DNA of 64,000 nucleotides from an uncultured bacterium (GTDB lineage: Bacteria; Electryoneota; AABM5-125-24; Hatepunaeales; Hatepunaeaceae), in NCBI GenBank assembly GCA_964387885.1, contig CAYLYZ010000017.1, forward strand, positions 32 through 64,031, written 5' to 3'. Made by a program: the position numbers and the translations under genes. This document shows, in pieces, positions 61,201 to 64,000 of this stretch. The notes under the pieces are model-generated. The model had not been told where the DNA came from. It ran no database searches and saw nothing but the letters and a program-made list of their open reading frames with translations. Position 1 is the first letter of the stretch, and each line of letters starts with the position of its first letter.

Positions 61201-61725
61201 CTGTGCATTTACCTGGACTGCGTTTAGCAGGCGACCTTCTCTATCAATCCTTGCCAATCGACTTTCATTGTAATGCGCAAGCCAGAAGTTTTCACCATCC
61301 CAGCAAGATCCATAATATCCGGTGAATTCGACGTCAACCTGATCTAACACATCACCGTCCATATTAACGGGTGTCATCCGCCAGTTATCATGTTGATCAG
61401 ATCCCCAGAGAAGTTCACCGTCCCATGCCAGACCAATCCAACGCCCATCGTGAACTTCAATACTGCGGATAACTTCACCGAGATCATCACGTCGTGGACC
61501 TCTCCGACGATCCTCGTTCTCTATCAATTCAGAGCTTATTTCGAAATTAATAATACAATCCATCGGGTTTGAAATAATGAAATCTACCTCACTGTTCTCT
61601 CCCTCCTCGAGCGAGACAGCAAAACCATATGGATCAATTTCAAATTGTGCAAAAGCCAGGTGAGATACTACCATAAGCAGGAATGTTAAAATAAAAAGCG
61701 GAACCAGACATTTTCTCTCAAGCAT
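58237..61725 (-). CDS. Large acidic surface protein, paralogue of 22683..26288
   Basis: Same domain order; shared PWELR...DRIDIWQ..RKDW propeller; ISPNPFN CTD. Confidence 0.87.
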   Translation of the reverse strand: MLERKCLVPLFILTFLLMVVSHLAFAQFEIDPYGFAVSLEEGENSEVDFIISNPMDCIINFEISSELIENEDRRRGPRRDDLGEVIRSIEVHDGRWIGLAWDGELLWGSDQHDNWRMTPVNMDGDVLDQVDVEFTGYYGSCWDGENFWLAHYNESRLARIDREGRLLNAVQVNAQPFGMTWDGETLWYARYQAQDIQQMTVEGEVLRTWDCNDIQSRRTMELAWVPDHPEGHLWITACDPGTIYQVNTEPDPPEVVQTVNVEDNNVYGLDHDGEYLWYTTDRGEWICIDDGVAEVRMLVFDPDEGEIQGQDVVELVANILIEGVEAGIYEFLVEVLLFDPENEDIDPETLTMSVLISIDSPTADLRGVVSSSRDDEVIPDAEITMDRFEMIRYTDNNGRYSLNSLLTGAYTFTVSAEDYLTQAFEFNIDGEGEIELNFELAQSECNIVPELIDVELGPEEESRTVIEMSNTGNGPLTFITERRLIGDANADPWELRLGYPAGEITNDSRVQGVVFTGDQFYLSGANNREPLIYVLNRDQEIVDQYDQHGESRYGYKDLAFDGELIWGSGERIVYGFTPEGELDRSFDCGISPCNNLAWDSDRDILWGSGTTTDIIGFDRDGNQIEELDRGEFRIYGLAYWPDDPDGHQLYIFHKINDVGDLMVAKLNIENGEIVDVISLEHEDGGAAQGCFITNQYDIYSWVFMGVANSGAEDRIDIWQLDARKDWMAIEPIEGVIGAGEQRDIIVTLDAAGLPEAVFEGEILFTHDGIGGQTHLPITLQVGEGGGDEPEEMVLNLDDGWNMVSSYVQPDPDDIREITAALVEAGTLIMMKNSVGQFYNPQFNFNNIPGWRVNEGYMIKMDGADELILNGISVAWNEPLELQPGWQMISYYPRQGVDAIVALSGIVDLLLMAKDGQGRFYSPAFEFSNMGDMVPGQGYLVKMDEAAELVYTVEDELASYSISFAQTSILPVHDNTGENMSLLILSDISEGEVGVYSGDIMVGSGVIQKGKCGISVWGNDPSTPERDGAQEKETIKLRLYRETGEEFDLQYETLTGRNIYETNSLWVVELDEIVNPHSFGIKTISPNPFNSVSRLTFDLSNDGLVNLGLYDVDGRRILDLTNGHLSAGSHSISIDGSDLASGLYFMRLRAGSQSDSRKITLIK

Positions 61726-61769
61726 TTCATCCTCCGTTTCTTTGGAGTGGTGGTTAATCCTGATATAGG

Positions 61770-61806
61770 GATTGAACCGGAATGTAAATCACATCCCGGT
61801 TCAATC
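61770..61806. other. Intergenic hairpin between the tandem surface-protein genes
   Basis: GATTGAACCGG...CCGGTTCAATC, no U-tract. Confidence 0.4.
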
Positions 61807-61845
61807 GGGAACAATGATTCTGAGCACCGCATTTGCGGTTTGCGG

Positions 61846-63999
61846 CTATTTAATCATTGTCAATTTCAGTTTAGAAACTTTTCCATTTGCCTGAAGCTGT
61901 ACAAAATAGACTCCACTTGTCAGGTTAGTTCCGTCAATTGTGTGGGTGTGGATTCCCGCTGTAGCATTATTGTTAACGAAGCTATTCATTTGCCTCCCTG
62001 CGATATCATACATGGCAAATTCAACTTTTGCTGCTTCAGGTAAATTAAATGTAATGTTTGTACTGCTGTTAAAGGGATTAGGGTATGCTTCAACTATACC
62101 GAATTCTTGTGGAGAGGGATTGATTTCGAGAATATGTGCTGCCAGGAAGCCATCGGGAATATAAGAGCTCGATCCAACCAATGGTTCTAATGCAACTGTT
62201 TGCAGTTCAGCACCATCGAAGAGTTTTGTCTCTAACATCTCACCCAGCAATGCACCGTCAATTTCAGGAGTAGTAGGATCATCACCCCATACTGCTATTC
62301 CAGACCTCCCATCCTGAATAACACCTGATCCAACGAGAGTGTTATGAGTATAAACTCCAATCTCTCCCCCTTCAATATCAGATAACACGAGCAGACTCAT
62401 ATTCTCACCCGTATTCTGATGAACTGGGAGATTTATCGGTTGAGAATGATGCACAGAACGACCAGCTATTTCTTCTTCAATTGTATAAACAAGTTCTGCA
62501 GCTTCATCTAATTTCAACAAATATCCCTGCCCGGGAATCATATCACCCATGTTGCTGAAATTAAACTCGGGATTGTAGAATCTACCCCGGGAGTCCTTTG
62601 CTAATAATAGCACATCCACTATTCCGGAAAGAGCAGTTACAGCGTCTATTCCCATCCGGGGATAATAGCTCACAATTTGCCAGCCATCAATGAGAGGCAA
62701 AGAATCATCAGCATCAACAGCATCTCCGCTGATCATCATTTCAGCATCACCATCAACTTTGACCATGTACCCTTCATTAACTAACCAACCCGGGATATTA
62801 TTAAAATTAAATGCTGGATTATAGAAACGACCCGCCCCGTTTTTCATTAATATGAGTTGATCAGCTTCGACCAGTTCACTCATAATCTCAACGACATTAT
62901 CAGGATCAGGTTGAACGTAAGCGGAAACCATGTTCCAGCCATCCTCAAAAACAAGGTTCTGCTCACCCTGACCTCCACCGCCTTCTCCAACTTCGAGAGT
63001 GAGCCTGATTGCCGTTTCACTGCCGATTCCATCATGCATAAATACGATTTCACCCTCAAAAACTGCTTCTGGCAGTCCTGTTGCATCCATCGTAATTACA
63101 AATTCCTGATCTTCTCCTTCGACAATCACTCCCTCTTCCGGTTCTATATCCATCCAGTCCTTTCGAGCATCAACCTGCCAGATATCTATTCGATCTTCAG
63201 CACCATTATTGGCAATACCCATGAAAACCCAGGAGTAGATATCATATTGGTTCGTGATAAAACAACCCTGAGCGACACCTCCAGCTTCATGTTCAAGGAC
63301 AACAACATCCATCATGCTATCGTTCTCAATGTCCATTTTCGCAATCATCAAATCTCCGACTTCATTTACCTTATGGAAAATGTACAATTGATATCCGTCG
63401 GGATCATCTGGCCAATAAGCTAAACCATATATCCTTAAGCCATGCCTGTCAAGTTCACCAACAGCATTGCCCTCGCGGTCAAATCCGGAAATATTGGTCG
63501 TAGTTCCCGATACCCATAGGATTTCTCGCTCTATATCCCAGGCAAGATTATTACATGGTGAAATCCCGCAGTCAAACGACACAACATCTTCACCTTCAGG
63601 CGTAAATCCAAAAATATTCCTCTCACCCGAACCCCAGATGAGCTCTCCACCATAAGCGAGGTCTTTATAGCCATACCGTCCACCACCGAGTTGATCATAT
63701 TGATCTACAAGTTCCTGGTCACGATTGAGTACGTACATCAGAGGTTCTCTATTGTTCGCACCTGACAAATAGAATTGATCGTTAACGAAAACCGCACCAT
63801 GGATTCGTGAATCCTCAGTGATAACTCCGGCAGGAACATCGACTCTGAGTTCCCAGGGCTCGGCATTTGCATCACCCAGCAATCGTTTATCAGTTGTGTA
63901 TGTTAATGGACCGTTTCCATCATTTGATATGACTATATCGGTTTGTAATGCATCTCCCTGATCAAGGGCAGCTTCAATGTTATCTCGGTTTGGATTACA
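61846..63999 (-). CDS. Large acidic surface protein paralogue, 5'-truncated by the window edge
   Basis: Frame is open to the window end (CNPNRDNIEAAL..SNDGNGPLTYTTDKRLLGDANAEPWELR aligns with the paralogues); AYPNPFN CTD. Confidence 0.87.
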   Translation of the reverse strand, partial: CNPNRDNIEAALDQGDALQTDIVISNDGNGPLTYTTDKRLLGDANAEPWELRVDVPAGVITEDSRIHGAVFVNDQFYLSGANNREPLMYVLNRDQELVDQYDQLGGGRYGYKDLAYGGELIWGSGERNIFGFTPEGEDVVSFDCGISPCNNLAWDIEREILWVSGTTTNISGFDREGNAVGELDRHGLRIYGLAYWPDDPDGYQLYIFHKVNEVGDLMIAKMDIENDSMMDVVVLEHEAGGVAQGCFITNQYDIYSWVFMGIANNGAEDRIDIWQVDARKDWMDIEPEEGVIVEGEDQEFVITMDATGLPEAVFEGEIVFMHDGIGSETAIRLTLEVGEGGGGQGEQNLVFEDGWNMVSAYVQPDPDNVVEIMSELVEADQLILMKNGAGRFYNPAFNFNNIPGWLVNEGYMVKVDGDAEMMISGDAVDADDSLPLIDGWQIVSYYPRMGIDAVTALSGIVDVLLLAKDSRGRFYNPEFNFSNMGDMIPGQGYLLKLDEAAELVYTIEEEIAGRSVHHSQPINLPVHQNTGENMSLLVLSDIEGGEIGVYTHNTLVGSGVIQDGRSGIAVWGDDPTTPEIDGALLGEMLETKLFDGAELQTVALEPLVGSSSYIPDGFLAAHILEINPSPQEFGIVEAYPNPFNSSTNITFNLPEAAKVEFAMYDIAGRQMNSFVNNNATAGIHTHTIDGTNLTSGVYFVQLQANGKVSKLKLTMIK

Positions 64000-64000
64000 T

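Overview
Bacterial chromosomal window of roughly 40-45% GC by eye. The many secreted acidic proteins ending in a 'YPNPFN' FlgD/T9SS-type-A-like sorting domain suggest an FCB-superphylum lineage (inference). Recognisable blocks: (1) an arsS/TIGR04282/TIGR04283 arsenosugar-type operon without arsM; (2) a YtrA-type GntR-ABC operon with four tandem divergent permeases; (3) a Yej/Opp peptide ABC importer; (4) a housekeeping run (rfaE1, nth, FAH, hutU, yjbQ, TrmH); (5) a HigB plus HTH-ImmA/IrrE toxin-antitoxin pair; (6) five large surface proteins built from Ig-like domains that are split by inserted passenger domains. Main unexpected observations: a pilin-head-like domain with no class III prepilin tail, found once on a lipoprotein and twice inside Ig domains; a conserved GPRRD motif before the variable beta-propellers; a MITE family that inserts into REP hairpin loops, duplicates the 4-nt loop and carries other REPs inside; and repeats that have entered coding sequence (an in-frame REPIN in the antitoxin, the N-terminus of an ankyrin protein, a leader ORF before ytrA). 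No rRNA, tRNA, CRISPR array, transposase or reverse transcriptase was recognised. All family assignments are by-eye motif recognition, with no database search.
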